Assembly (NCBI GenBank): GCA_036496065.1
Contig: DASXLU010000065.1
Coordinates: 1 to 56,477, forward strand
Reading direction: 5' to 3'
Length of the DNA: 56,477 bases
From: Candidatus Acidiferrum sp.
GTDB lineage: Bacteria; Acidobacteriota; Terriglobia; Acidiferrales; UBA7541
Position 1 is the first letter of the stretch; each line of letters begins with the position of its first letter. A program made the translations under genes and the position numbers. Shown here piece after piece: positions 19,650 to 28,027 of the stretch. Under the pieces are notes generated by a model. The model saw only the letters and a program-made list of their open reading frames with translations, was not told where the DNA came from and did no database searches.

Positions 19650-22600
19650 TTGGTTCCGAATCAAGGACTTCAGGGCATTGCGTTCTTCGAAGCCACGGCT
19701 TGCCTCACCCTCCTCGTTTTATTCCTGCATTTACGGCGCGACAACGGTGAATCTTTCTACCGATTGTGGCTTTTCGGGTGGATTTGCCTGACCATTTCGT
19801 CGTTCAGCGAGTTGGCGATGTATGGCGGCCTGAACGCTGGGTTGCGAGTGGTAGTTTCCTCTGCAAGTGTCGCGGCTCTGATTTTATTCCTTGCGTCGAT
19901 TGTGCAGCTAACCGTGGGTCAACAGCGGTTCTACTGGCCGATGGCATGGCTGGCGACGTTGTTGGTACTCACCACCGGATATGCCGAGAGCAAAGCTCCC
20001 TATTCGCGAGGATTCCACTGGGAGACGTCCATTCTGCAGAGCGTTATCTGTATGGCAACCGGATGGATTCTGTGGAGAGCGTCGACTTCGAAGCAGGGTC
20101 ACGGCGGGAAGCTGCTGGCCGGGGCCTTCGTGCTGCTCGGTTTGAACACGATCAACCGGCCACAATGGTCGCACGATGAAGTGCATTTGCTGCGATTCGC
20201 GTTCGATCATTTTTTGAATGCCAGTCTGGGTATCGGGATGATCGTGTGGCTGCTGGAGTCGGCGCGCACGCGCAGCGAAGAAATCAGCGAAAAGATGCGG
20301 CAGTTCACGATGTTGACGGCTTCCAGTAGCCAAACAGTTTCGCTGCAGGAGTTGCTGAAAAAAGCCTTGATGCAAATTACCGGGAGCCTGGGCGCAACCC
20401 ACGGGATGATCCGCTTGCTGGAAGGCGAAGGCGACGCTGCGGAATTTGTAGCCTGCGCCTCACTGGGCTTTAGTGAAACCTATTTAAAGCAGAACGATCG
20501 CATGCCCTTGCGGCATTCCTGGCTGGAAGAAGTTTTGCCAGAGAAATATCGCCTGGTCCGTTTTGAAGAGGAGAAAGATACCAGGATTCGCCGGAACATG
20601 GCAGAAGCAGGAATAACCCAGTTGATCGCGGTGCCGATGAGAGGCAAGAAGGGCCCGGTGGGCGTACTTTACATCGGAGCGCTGCCCGGTAAGCGTTTTC
20701 ACGATGATGAGTTCACATTCTTGGTGAACGTGACGAATTTCCTGGGCACTACTGTTGAGAACGTCAATCTATTTGAGCAAATCAAAACCGTTCAGCAACA
20801 GTGGGTATACACATTCGATTCGATTGGCGATCCCATCATTGTCCATGACGGCGAAGGGCGGATTGTTCGCACCAATCTGCGCTTAGCCAACCTTTTGGGA
20901 CGCGATTGCCAGTCGGTGGTAGGCCGTTCGGTGCGCGATTTGCTCAGTCCCCGCGAAAATACCTTTCAAATCTGTCCCTATTGCGAAGGGCTTTCGGGAG
21001 AAGCGGATTCGCCGGATCCCTGGCTCCATGGCTATTTTCTCGCGTCAAACTCGAATTTCATGGATCGAGCCGGACAGAATCTGGGCACGATCCATGTGCT
21101 GAAAGACATCACCGACCGAAAAAGAGCGGAAGAAAAATATCGTACGCTGGTAGCAAGTGTCCAGGAAGGTGTGTTTATCGCCACGGCGCAAGGCCGATTC
21201 CTGGATTTTAACGATGCTTTCCTTCGTATTGTGGGATACGACAACCGGGATGAGTTGATGCGCGTGGACATTCCGACTATGTACGTGAATCCGGCTGACC
21301 GTGAGCGATTAACGCGAATCTTGACGGAACATGGCTCCGTCAATGAATTTGAGTTTGACATTCGCCGCACCGACGGCGAAATCCGCACGGTCAGCGAGTC
21401 TTCCATAGCTGTCCGCGATATTGCGGGCAATATCACCGCATACCAGGGTTTCCTGCTGGACGTAACCGAGCGGCGCCGGGCTGAGTATGAGATCCGCAGG
21501 CGCAACCGCGAATTGCTGGTGCTGAATTCCATCGCCGAAACCTTGGCATCCTCTCTGGACCTCAACGACTCCATTCACCGGACCCTGCGACAGATTGTTG
21601 AGTTATTTGCGCTTGATGCCGTGTCGCTGTATGTCTTCGAACGCGACGGCATCACGCTCAAGCGCGTGGCCTCGGTGGGGCAACGCTCGGAATTCGCCAA
21701 GAGTTTTCCCGTAGTAACCATGCCGACCGAATTGATTCAGCAAATTCGTTCGGTGCGCGCAAGTTTCCTGTCCGCGCAAGGACTTCCGTTACCGCCGCTC
21801 GTGCGGGAACTGCAACGAAAAGAAGGTATCGAGTCCTCCTATATCGTGACGCTGTGGTCCAAGGAGAAAATTGTTGGCGGGCTGGCAATAGGGTGCCGCA
21901 GCGCGCGCGAATTCTCGGCTGCCGATATCAGCCTGCTGATTGCTGTGGGTAGTCAGTTGGCCTCCGCCGTCGAACGCAACCAGTTGTATGAAGAAACTCG
22001 CCAGGCGTATGAGAACTTACGCCGCGCGCAGGAACAACTGCTGCACAGCGAAAAGTTGGCAGCCGTCGGACAACTGATTTCGGGTGTGGCGCACGAATTG
22101 AATAATCCGCTGACCGCAATTTTGGGATACAGCCAACTACTCTCCGCAAGCGGACAGGTAGGACCACAGGCGATTGCCTACAGCGAAAAGCTGTACAAGC
22201 AGGCGCAGCGCACACATCGCATCGTGCAAAACTTATTGAGCTTTGCGCGCCAGCACAAACCCGAGCGTGTGCCCGTTCGGCTTAACACCATCGTGGAAGA
22301 TACCCTGGCGCTGCGCGACTACGACTTGCGTATGAGCCAAATTCGGGTTCATCTGGAACTGGCCAGCGACCTGCCTCTGACATCAGCCGATCCTCATCAA
22401 CTGCAGCAGGTATTCTTGAATTTGATTAACAATGCAGTCGATGCGATCCTGGAAACGGAAAGAGAGGGCGATCTGACGGTACGCAGCGGCGCCGCGGGCA
22501 ACAATGTCTTCATTGAATTCAGCGACAGCGGACCTGGCGTGAAGGATGCCACGAGGGTATTCGATCCGTTCTACACGACAAAGCCGGTTGGCAAGGGGAC

Positions 22601-23147
22601 CGGACTCGGACTCAGCATCTGCTACGGAATTATCAGCGAGCATGGCGGTACGATTCAAATTCGGAATGAAAATCCGAAGGGCGCGACGTTTCGCATCGAG
22701 CTGCCACTGCATAGTAAAGCGGGCGGTTCGCGTCCGGCGGAAGCTTCGAAAACGCAATTTTCGGGTGGCGCGCGCATCCTGGTCGTTGATCCTAATGATT
22801 CCGTGCTGGAGACTGTAGCGGGATTGCTGCGTGGTAGTCACTACCGCGTCAAGACATCCAAGTCGCTGGCCGCAGCCCGCAAATTATTTGCAGCTCAAGA
22901 ATTTGATTTGGTGCTGGCAGACTGGCAGTTGGCGTCGACAGCGGAGTCTTCGGACGTAAATGGAAATTCGCAGTCCCTCGGGCTTGGCTCGCGAATTTTG
23001 TGGATGAGTTCCGTGGCGCCCCAAGGCGAGAACAGCCAGTGGCTGCTGCCTGCCAATGACCAGATTCTGCAAAAGCCCTTTCAGGCTAAGGACTTGCTTG
23101 CGGCAGTTGAAGCGAATCTACAGCGCGTCGCCGCAACCTTACTCTGA
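19650..23147 (+). CDS. hybrid sensor histidine kinase (~7TM-GAF-PAS-PAS-GAF-HisKA-HATPase-REC)
   Basis: GVAHELNNPL, QVFLNLINNA, DSGPG, FDPFYTTK..GKGTGLGL; atypical C-terminal REC; TTG start with GGAGAG RBS. Confidence 0.95.
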   Translation: MVPNQGLQGIAFFEATACLTLLVLFLHLRRDNGESFYRLWLFGWICLTISSFSELAMYGGLNAGLRVVVSSASVAALILFLASIVQLTVGQQRFYWPMAWLATLLVLTTGYAESKAPYSRGFHWETSILQSVICMATGWILWRASTSKQGHGGKLLAGAFVLLGLNTINRPQWSHDEVHLLRFAFDHFLNASLGIGMIVWLLESARTRSEEISEKMRQFTMLTASSSQTVSLQELLKKALMQITGSLGATHGMIRLLEGEGDAAEFVACASLGFSETYLKQNDRMPLRHSWLEEVLPEKYRLVRFEEEKDTRIRRNMAEAGITQLIAVPMRGKKGPVGVLYIGALPGKRFHDDEFTFLVNVTNFLGTTVENVNLFEQIKTVQQQWVYTFDSIGDPIIVHDGEGRIVRTNLRLANLLGRDCQSVVGRSVRDLLSPRENTFQICPYCEGLSGEADSPDPWLHGYFLASNSNFMDRAGQNLGTIHVLKDITDRKRAEEKYRTLVASVQEGVFIATAQGRFLDFNDAFLRIVGYDNRDELMRVDIPTMYVNPADRERLTRILTEHGSVNEFEFDIRRTDGEIRTVSESSIAVRDIAGNITAYQGFLLDVTERRRAEYEIRRRNRELLVLNSIAETLASSLDLNDSIHRTLRQIVELFALDAVSLYVFERDGITLKRVASVGQRSEFAKSFPVVTMPTELIQQIRSVRASFLSAQGLPLPPLVRELQRKEGIESSYIVTLWSKEKIVGGLAIGCRSAREFSAADISLLIAVGSQLASAVERNQLYEETRQAYENLRRAQEQLLHSEKLAAVGQLISGVAHELNNPLTAILGYSQLLSASGQVGPQAIAYSEKLYKQAQRTHRIVQNLLSFARQHKPERVPVRLNTIVEDTLALRDYDLRMSQIRVHLELASDLPLTSADPHQLQQVFLNLINNAVDAILETEREGDLTVRSGAAGNNVFIEFSDSGPGVKDATRVFDPFYTTKPVGKGTGLGLSICYGIISEHGGTIQIRNENPKGATFRIELPLHSKAGGSRPAEASKTQFSGGARILVVDPNDSVLETVAGLLRGSHYRVKTSKSLAAARKLFAAQEFDLVLADWQLASTAESSDVNGNSQSLGLGSRILWMSSVAPQGENSQWLLPANDQILQKPFQAKDLLAAVEANLQRVAATLL

Positions 23148-23693
23148 GTAAGAGTGAAGTTCCGAAGCGATAGCGGAACGTTCCGCCATCCTTGTGGTAA
23201 CGGTTTCCAACTGTAAAGTCATAGCGCTGGCCATTTCGGATAGTTTGCTGAATGCCTGCCACGGCGCCAGTCCTAAACGCAATCGCCAACTCAAATACTG
23301 GCAGTGAATCGCAAAACCCATGCTCAATTTAAGGCGCTCCCACTCTCGCATGGCGGCCAGGTCAGGAGCCATCATGGCCAGCACACCTGCGGCTTCGAGA
23401 AGCAATCCGAAATCTTTGTGGAATTCGGCAAGATATCGGAGCGCGATGCGCTTGCGATCGTTTCGAATGCGCCTGACCAAACGCGGTTGGCCACACCTTT
23501 TCAGGAACTCAATATCCTCGGGCCGCAGCGATTGCAGAATTTGCGGAAGATGGTGATAGTGGCGATCCTCTGCGAGAGCTTGCAAGACTTCATCCGCAGA
23601 TCGTGTTTCTTGAATCTGAGGACGCGCTGCCCAGATCAAAAGTGAAATTAAAATCAGGGCAGCCAGCAGAAACAACAAAAAAGTAACAGTCAC
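23139..23693 (-). CDS. hypothetical protein with N-terminal membrane anchor
   Basis: GTG at 23693 overlaps the upstream stop (GTGA) with GGAGG RBS; N-terminal TM followed by a basic helical domain. Confidence 0.8.
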   Translation of the reverse strand: MTVTFLLFLLAALILISLLIWAARPQIQETRSADEVLQALAEDRHYHHLPQILQSLRPEDIEFLKRCGQPRLVRRIRNDRKRIALRYLAEFHKDFGLLLEAAGVLAMMAPDLAAMREWERLKLSMGFAIHCQYLSWRLRLGLAPWQAFSKLSEMASAMTLQLETVTTRMAERSAIASELHSYSE

Positions 23694-24481
23694 GGGTGGG
23701 GATCCTCCGATCGGAGAAGATGAGCTAAGCGATCGTTGAGCACACGGAGGCGCAGATTGATTTGTCCTGACAACGTTCCATAATACTCCGGCGAAAGCTG
23801 AACAGCGCTTGTCGCCAGCCGTTCCACAGGAAAAATACGTACGGCATAGATCCAGATCACCAAGGTTGCCAAAAAGAACAGGATGTCGAGAAAATTCCAC
23901 AAGTTGGAGTACTTTTCGAGCAAAGGCTCAAAAAGCGTGAAATTAACTACGGAAAAGCAAGAGTAAAGGAAAAAGCCGATGGCCAGTATGCGTTCCAGCG
24001 GGAAGACGGGCACGCGGTAATAGCGGGCAAAGAGGAAAAGCAGCACGATGAAGGAAGCGATTGCCAGTTTGAGGCCTCGCTCCATATCCATGACCTTGTA
24101 CTGCAAATTTCCCTGGAAAAAGGTCAGAGAGTACACCAGTACTATCGCACTGGCGACGAGCAGGACCCGCTTTGCCAGTCCCCAGATTCCAGTGAAACCA
24201 GAGAGCATTCTGCGTGCAATTTCGAAACTGGCGAGCCAGCGGGCTCCCGTTAGGAGCAATTGGCTACCCCAGGCAATCCACCAGACCGTTGATCCTCTGA
24301 AACCCCAGGCGTGGTAGACAAAAGCTACCGCCAAACTCTGAAAAATTGCCGCCAGGATGTAAAAGAGAAAGGCTGGATGCGAGCGGTACAATCCTCTATT
24401 TACCAGATAGAACACTAAAACCAGTTCCGTCAACGAGGTAAAAGCCCAAGCAAAGTTGGTGAGCTGTTGAGGATCGGCCAT
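23690..24481 (-). CDS. stand-alone ~7TM membrane protein (putative peptide receptor)
   Basis: About seven hydrophobic segments, C-terminal amphipathic helix INLRLRVLNDRLAHLL, no catalytic domain; receptor role is inference. Confidence 0.8.
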   Translation of the reverse strand: MADPQQLTNFAWAFTSLTELVLVFYLVNRGLYRSHPAFLFYILAAIFQSLAVAFVYHAWGFRGSTVWWIAWGSQLLLTGARWLASFEIARRMLSGFTGIWGLAKRVLLVASAIVLVYSLTFFQGNLQYKVMDMERGLKLAIASFIVLLFLFARYYRVPVFPLERILAIGFFLYSCFSVVNFTLFEPLLEKYSNLWNFLDILFFLATLVIWIYAVRIFPVERLATSAVQLSPEYYGTLSGQINLRLRVLNDRLAHLLRSEDPHP

Positions 24482-24571
24482 TTGACAGCTAGCCTACCAT
24501 AACATAACTGGGCAGTAAATAAACCTTCGGAATAAGGTACTCTTCAGAGCATTAGTAGAATGAGAAAGCTC

Positions 24572-24889
24572 TCAGACCGACAGTTTCGACCCGGGAACTG
24601 CTGTTACAGGTTTCGGCCTCGGTGTGGGAGGAGGCAGCGGCACGCCATCCGCGATGAGAATCTGTGTGGGCTTCGGTTTCGGAGTTGGCGGAGGCAACGG
24701 GACGCCATCCGCAGCCAGCACCGTTCCTGGTTTGTGCGGCGGGGGTGGAGGAAGCGGAACACCGTCTGCTTGTAGAACGCCGCTCTTCACAGCGGGACGA
24801 GCTGAGGAAGAATTGACCGACGCGGAACCCGAAAGTAGGATTAGACTTGCTGGAAACGCGAAACAAATCGTTAGTAATCGTTTTTTCAT
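24572..24889 (-). CDS. secreted peptide precursor with three ADGVPLPPP repeats
   Basis: GGAGAG RBS, MKKR plus hydrophobic signal; three repeats identical in protein but with different codons. Confidence 0.85.
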   Translation of the reverse strand: MKKRLLTICFAFPASLILLSGSASVNSSSARPAVKSGVLQADGVPLPPPPPHKPGTVLAADGVPLPPPTPKPKPTQILIADGVPLPPPTPRPKPVTAVPGSKLSV

Positions 24890-24993
24890 AAGGCACTCTC
24901 CTTGCATTGGAAAGTGCCAGACAAAATCGGTCCTGCCGCGAAACGGCGGAAAAAGTTCCGGCTACGGAACGGAAAGCGTCACAAACCAGCCCG

Positions 24994-25422
24994 ATGCTGA
25001 ATCAGCTAAAAATACACCGGCAGATTCTCTATGACTTGACGGCGCTGCATCTGGAGCCCATGAAAGGGCTTTACGAACGACTGGCATACTTGGCGAGCAT
25101 GCGCGATCCCGGGACCGGGATTTATACGCACAAAAGCCTCAGCCTGCAGTATCCGGCGGATCGCGTCAGCGAAGCGCTCGAACGGTGTCATGAGGAGATA
25201 TTCGAGAAATTGTTGGAATCGCCATTGGCAACCCTGGAGCAGGACTTACGACGTTATTTCGAGGCGATGGCGGGACAAGAAAAGGTGGAAGCAGAGGCGT
25301 GTCAGAGTTTGACCGAGAGTTGGATTCCGCAGCAATCGCCCGACTATCTGCGAGAATTATATTGTTCTAATCAAAGCGCTCTGTGCGCTCTACTGCAGGA
25401 GAACAGGTCCAAGGCTCGGTAA
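24994..25422 (+). CDS. hypothetical cytoplasmic protein
   Basis: ATG 24994 (ORF open from TTG 24907); helical globular sequence with RLAYLASMRD..G.Y.H..L and CHEEIF. Confidence 0.75.
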   Translation: MLNQLKIHRQILYDLTALHLEPMKGLYERLAYLASMRDPGTGIYTHKSLSLQYPADRVSEALERCHEEIFEKLLESPLATLEQDLRRYFEAMAGQEKVEAEACQSLTESWIPQQSPDYLRELYCSNQSALCALLQENRSKAR

Positions 25423-26155
25423 GGTAGCTCACCACTCCCACAACCTGTCCCGCCACTTCCGCTTCTTCCGGTGTCCGCCAAGCTTCCGGGGAACATCGCG
25501 AAAGTGTATGCGGTTGCATAATCAGCCGCGACCGATCTTTCTGGAACCAACCACAACGATAGCCGCCGCGTAGTTCGACAAAATAGAGGGGGCGGTCGTA
25601 TTCACTATTCCATTCGGCGTCTTCGATGCGCCGCTGGGAAGTGTCCACCAGAACGATACTTCCGGGACGCAGGATGGGGCCCATTCGCCGGTCCTCGAGG
25701 CCGATGTAACCGTAGCGGTAGCGGCCTTTAGCGAATCTTTGCAACCCGGGAAATTGGCCGCCAGCGCCGGGAAGGTCGGGCAGCAGATCGGTCTCCTCGG
25801 ATTCGAACGAAGTTGCTATTGAATCAAGGCCGCCATTTGACACAGCCTCTGGCGCGCCCAGGCAGGTCAGGGGAGGAGGCAACCCTGCAGCGTCTTGAAA
25901 GCTGCACTCGAAAGGCACTTCATACCAAGTTGTGATCTGCATGGGATGCAGATGATAGATTGCCGCCATCGAATAAAGTTTGTGCAGGCTTGGAACGACA
26001 TTGCGATTTTCAATGTCTGCCAGGCGGCTGATGTGCAGTATGAATTCTGGACGGCCTCTTCGCGCGGCGATCTCGTAGCTGGCTCGCTCGACATCCCGGT
26101 AGGTGAGTCCTAATTTTTCCCGCGCGCGACGTAGTCGAAGACCTGGTGGATACAT
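25367..26155 (-). CDS. XRE-family HTH regulator with degenerate S24/LexA-like C-terminal domain
   Basis: LRRAREKLGLTYRDV..SRLADIEN HTH; M.PILRPGSIVLVD..GQVVGV resembles the S24 fold; GAAGGG RBS. Confidence 0.85.
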   Translation of the reverse strand: MYPPGLRLRRAREKLGLTYRDVERASYEIAARRGRPEFILHISRLADIENRNVVPSLHKLYSMAAIYHLHPMQITTWYEVPFECSFQDAAGLPPPLTCLGAPEAVSNGGLDSIATSFESEETDLLPDLPGAGGQFPGLQRFAKGRYRYGYIGLEDRRMGPILRPGSIVLVDTSQRRIEDAEWNSEYDRPLYFVELRGGYRCGWFQKDRSRLIMQPHTLSRCSPEAWRTPEEAEVAGQVVGVVSYLTEPWTCSPAVERTERFD

Positions 26156-26302
26156 GCACGTTCCCTTCAGCGCCGCCCGGCCCATCGGATATCTAACTAT
26201 AACAAATTACCAAGTTGTTACGAATGCGGAACAAGATATGGTTGTGGAAAAACGTTGGAAAGTCGATGGCAGATGGCGCAGGTTTGGCGATAGCAGGTGA
26301 CG

Positions 26303-26343
26303 GATATCAGAAGTCGGATATCGGATAACAGATTCAGATAACC
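26303..26343. repeat. GATATC-like heptamer tandem array 1
   Basis: GATATCA GAAGTCG GATATCG GATAACA GATTCA GATAACC. Confidence 0.65.
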
Positions 26344-26507
26344 TAAAGAGCCTGCACTTATGGGCAGACGGGAGAGGTTTCGAATCGAACAACGAGGCTG
26401 CTTCTCGTCTTGTTTCGAAACAGCGCGCATGAAAACCTGCTAGAGACTGAATCCCTGCATAGCCGATAGGCGAGATTCACGATCATGGCTGGCGGTGACA
26501 GATTCCT

Positions 26508-26535
26508 GATATCTGATATTTGATATCGGATAGCG
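26508..26535. repeat. GATATC-like heptamer tandem array 2
   Basis: GATATCT GATATTT GATATCG GATAGCG. Confidence 0.65.
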
Positions 26536-26622
26536 GTAAGAGTCTGCGCGTAACCCTATTATTGCGCTCAGGCATCCTACGAGAGTGCCCAACGACAATC
26601 TGCTATCCTGCTGAACCATACT

Positions 26623-28011
26623 ATGAACAGCACTACACTGTCCTTCTGGCGGAAATATTGTCTTGTCTTCTTATTGGCGTTGACCGCCGCGTTGGTACGC
26701 CCTGCGAATGCTCAGCCGGCTGCGACTGCTCCCGCAGACAATTCGAAAGCCAGTAACGCCGCGGAGTTTGCCGCTACGGCCGATGAAGTGCTTCAAGACA
26801 TGAGCGAAATCACCGGCTGGAAACTGAAGACGCCGCTGAAGAAAACGATTCGCTCCCGGGAAGAAATTCGCGCGTACGTTATCCATCAAATGGACGACGA
26901 CAAGGATGCCAAGGAACGCTACGCTTCCGCGCGCACTGCCGAGGCTTTCGGGCTGGTTCCCAAAGGATTTGATTTCGACGCATTCCTGGTGGATTTGCTC
27001 ACGGAGCAGATCGCGGGCCTCTACGATCCGAAACTGCACGAATTTTATATTGCCGATTGGATCAGTCCGGCGGACCAGCGCATGGTGATGTCGCACGAAC
27101 TGACGCACGCACTGCAAGATCAATATTTTCAGATCGAGCCTTGGGTGAAAGCGGCTCGACCCAATGATGACGCCGAGTTGGCGCGCGAAGCGGTGCTGGA
27201 AGGCAGCGCCATGGCCGGCATGCTCGAGTACATGCTCAAAGACAAAGGGCTGAAGCTCAAGGACCTGCCAGACATAGACCCTTCCGTTTTCGTTGGAGAC
27301 TTGAGCGATACGCCGATGCTCAAGAAGGCGCCGCCATTTATCAAGGATTCGTTGATGTTCCCGTATTTTGCCGGCTTGTCATTTTCTATGACTGTATTGC
27401 GCACGAACGGTTGGGCTGGCTTTAATGCGGTTTTTGCGCGGCCCCCAGCAGACACGCAGCAGATCATGCATCCCGAAATTTATCGCGCGGCGAAAGTGCC
27501 CGCGCCGCTGAAGACGGATCTGGGGCCCAGCGTGCCGGACACCTCCTGGGCGAAGCTGGAAGAAAATTCTCTCGGAGAGTTCGGCGTGAAGGAAGCGCTA
27601 AAACAGTTTCTAGACGAGGAGCGGGCCAAGGGATCGGCGCTCTCTTGGGATGGGGACAGTTACACGACATTCGAACAGAAAGATACAAAGCGCTTGATGC
27701 TGTTTACACGTGTTCGATTTTCCAGCGTCGATGCCGCGGCACATTTCTTTGGGCAATATTCGGAACTGCTGGAAAAAAAGTATCCGGAGCACTCGCATTT
27801 GTTCAGGCGACCCGACTTTTTTACGTTTAGCACGGCGGATAAAAATGTGTTTCTGCGTTGCTTTGAAACGCAATGCATCACGCTGGAGGGCGGCGACCGC
27901 AGCCAGTTTCTTCAGTGGAACAAGCACCTTGGGTGGGAAGCCATACCAGAAGAGCCGAGAAAGCCCGGCGGGCCGGATGTTACCAGTACACAATTGCTGT
28001 TCGCAAAATAA
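26623..28011 (+). CDS. secreted putative zinc metallopeptidase (HEXXH)
   Basis: Signal peptide (..PANA/Q); AGLYDP, SHELTHALQDQ, downstream AVLEGSA third-ligand-like Glu, FPYFAG. Confidence 0.8.
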   Translation: MNSTTLSFWRKYCLVFLLALTAALVRPANAQPAATAPADNSKASNAAEFAATADEVLQDMSEITGWKLKTPLKKTIRSREEIRAYVIHQMDDDKDAKERYASARTAEAFGLVPKGFDFDAFLVDLLTEQIAGLYDPKLHEFYIADWISPADQRMVMSHELTHALQDQYFQIEPWVKAARPNDDAELAREAVLEGSAMAGMLEYMLKDKGLKLKDLPDIDPSVFVGDLSDTPMLKKAPPFIKDSLMFPYFAGLSFSMTVLRTNGWAGFNAVFARPPADTQQIMHPEIYRAAKVPAPLKTDLGPSVPDTSWAKLEENSLGEFGVKEALKQFLDEERAKGSALSWDGDSYTTFEQKDTKRLMLFTRVRFSSVDAAAHFFGQYSELLEKKYPEHSHLFRRPDFFTFSTADKNVFLRCFETQCITLEGGDRSQFLQWNKHLGWEAIPEEPRKPGGPDVTSTQLLFAK

Positions 28012-28027
28012 TCCGCAATACCTTTGA

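Noticed and set aside
23694-23900. Longer N-terminus for the 23139 gene
   Set aside because: Overlaps the 7TM gene; GTG 23693 has a GGAGG RBS and stop/start coupling
24572-24889. Precursor as a modified RiPP
   Set aside because: No radical SAM, YcaO, lanthipeptide, lasso or peptidase-ABC genes nearby; the cores lack Cys
24903-24920. Sigma54-like TGGCAC..TGC upstream of the peptide gene (similar at 17892 and 54744)
   Set aside because: GG-to-GC spacing is 11 nt rather than the strict 10, and the site would leave almost no leader before the ATG
26303-26535. Heptamer arrays or the 147-bp repeats as a CRISPR array
   Set aside because: No constant 23-47-bp repeats with unique spacers and no cas genes; the 147-bp units are coding
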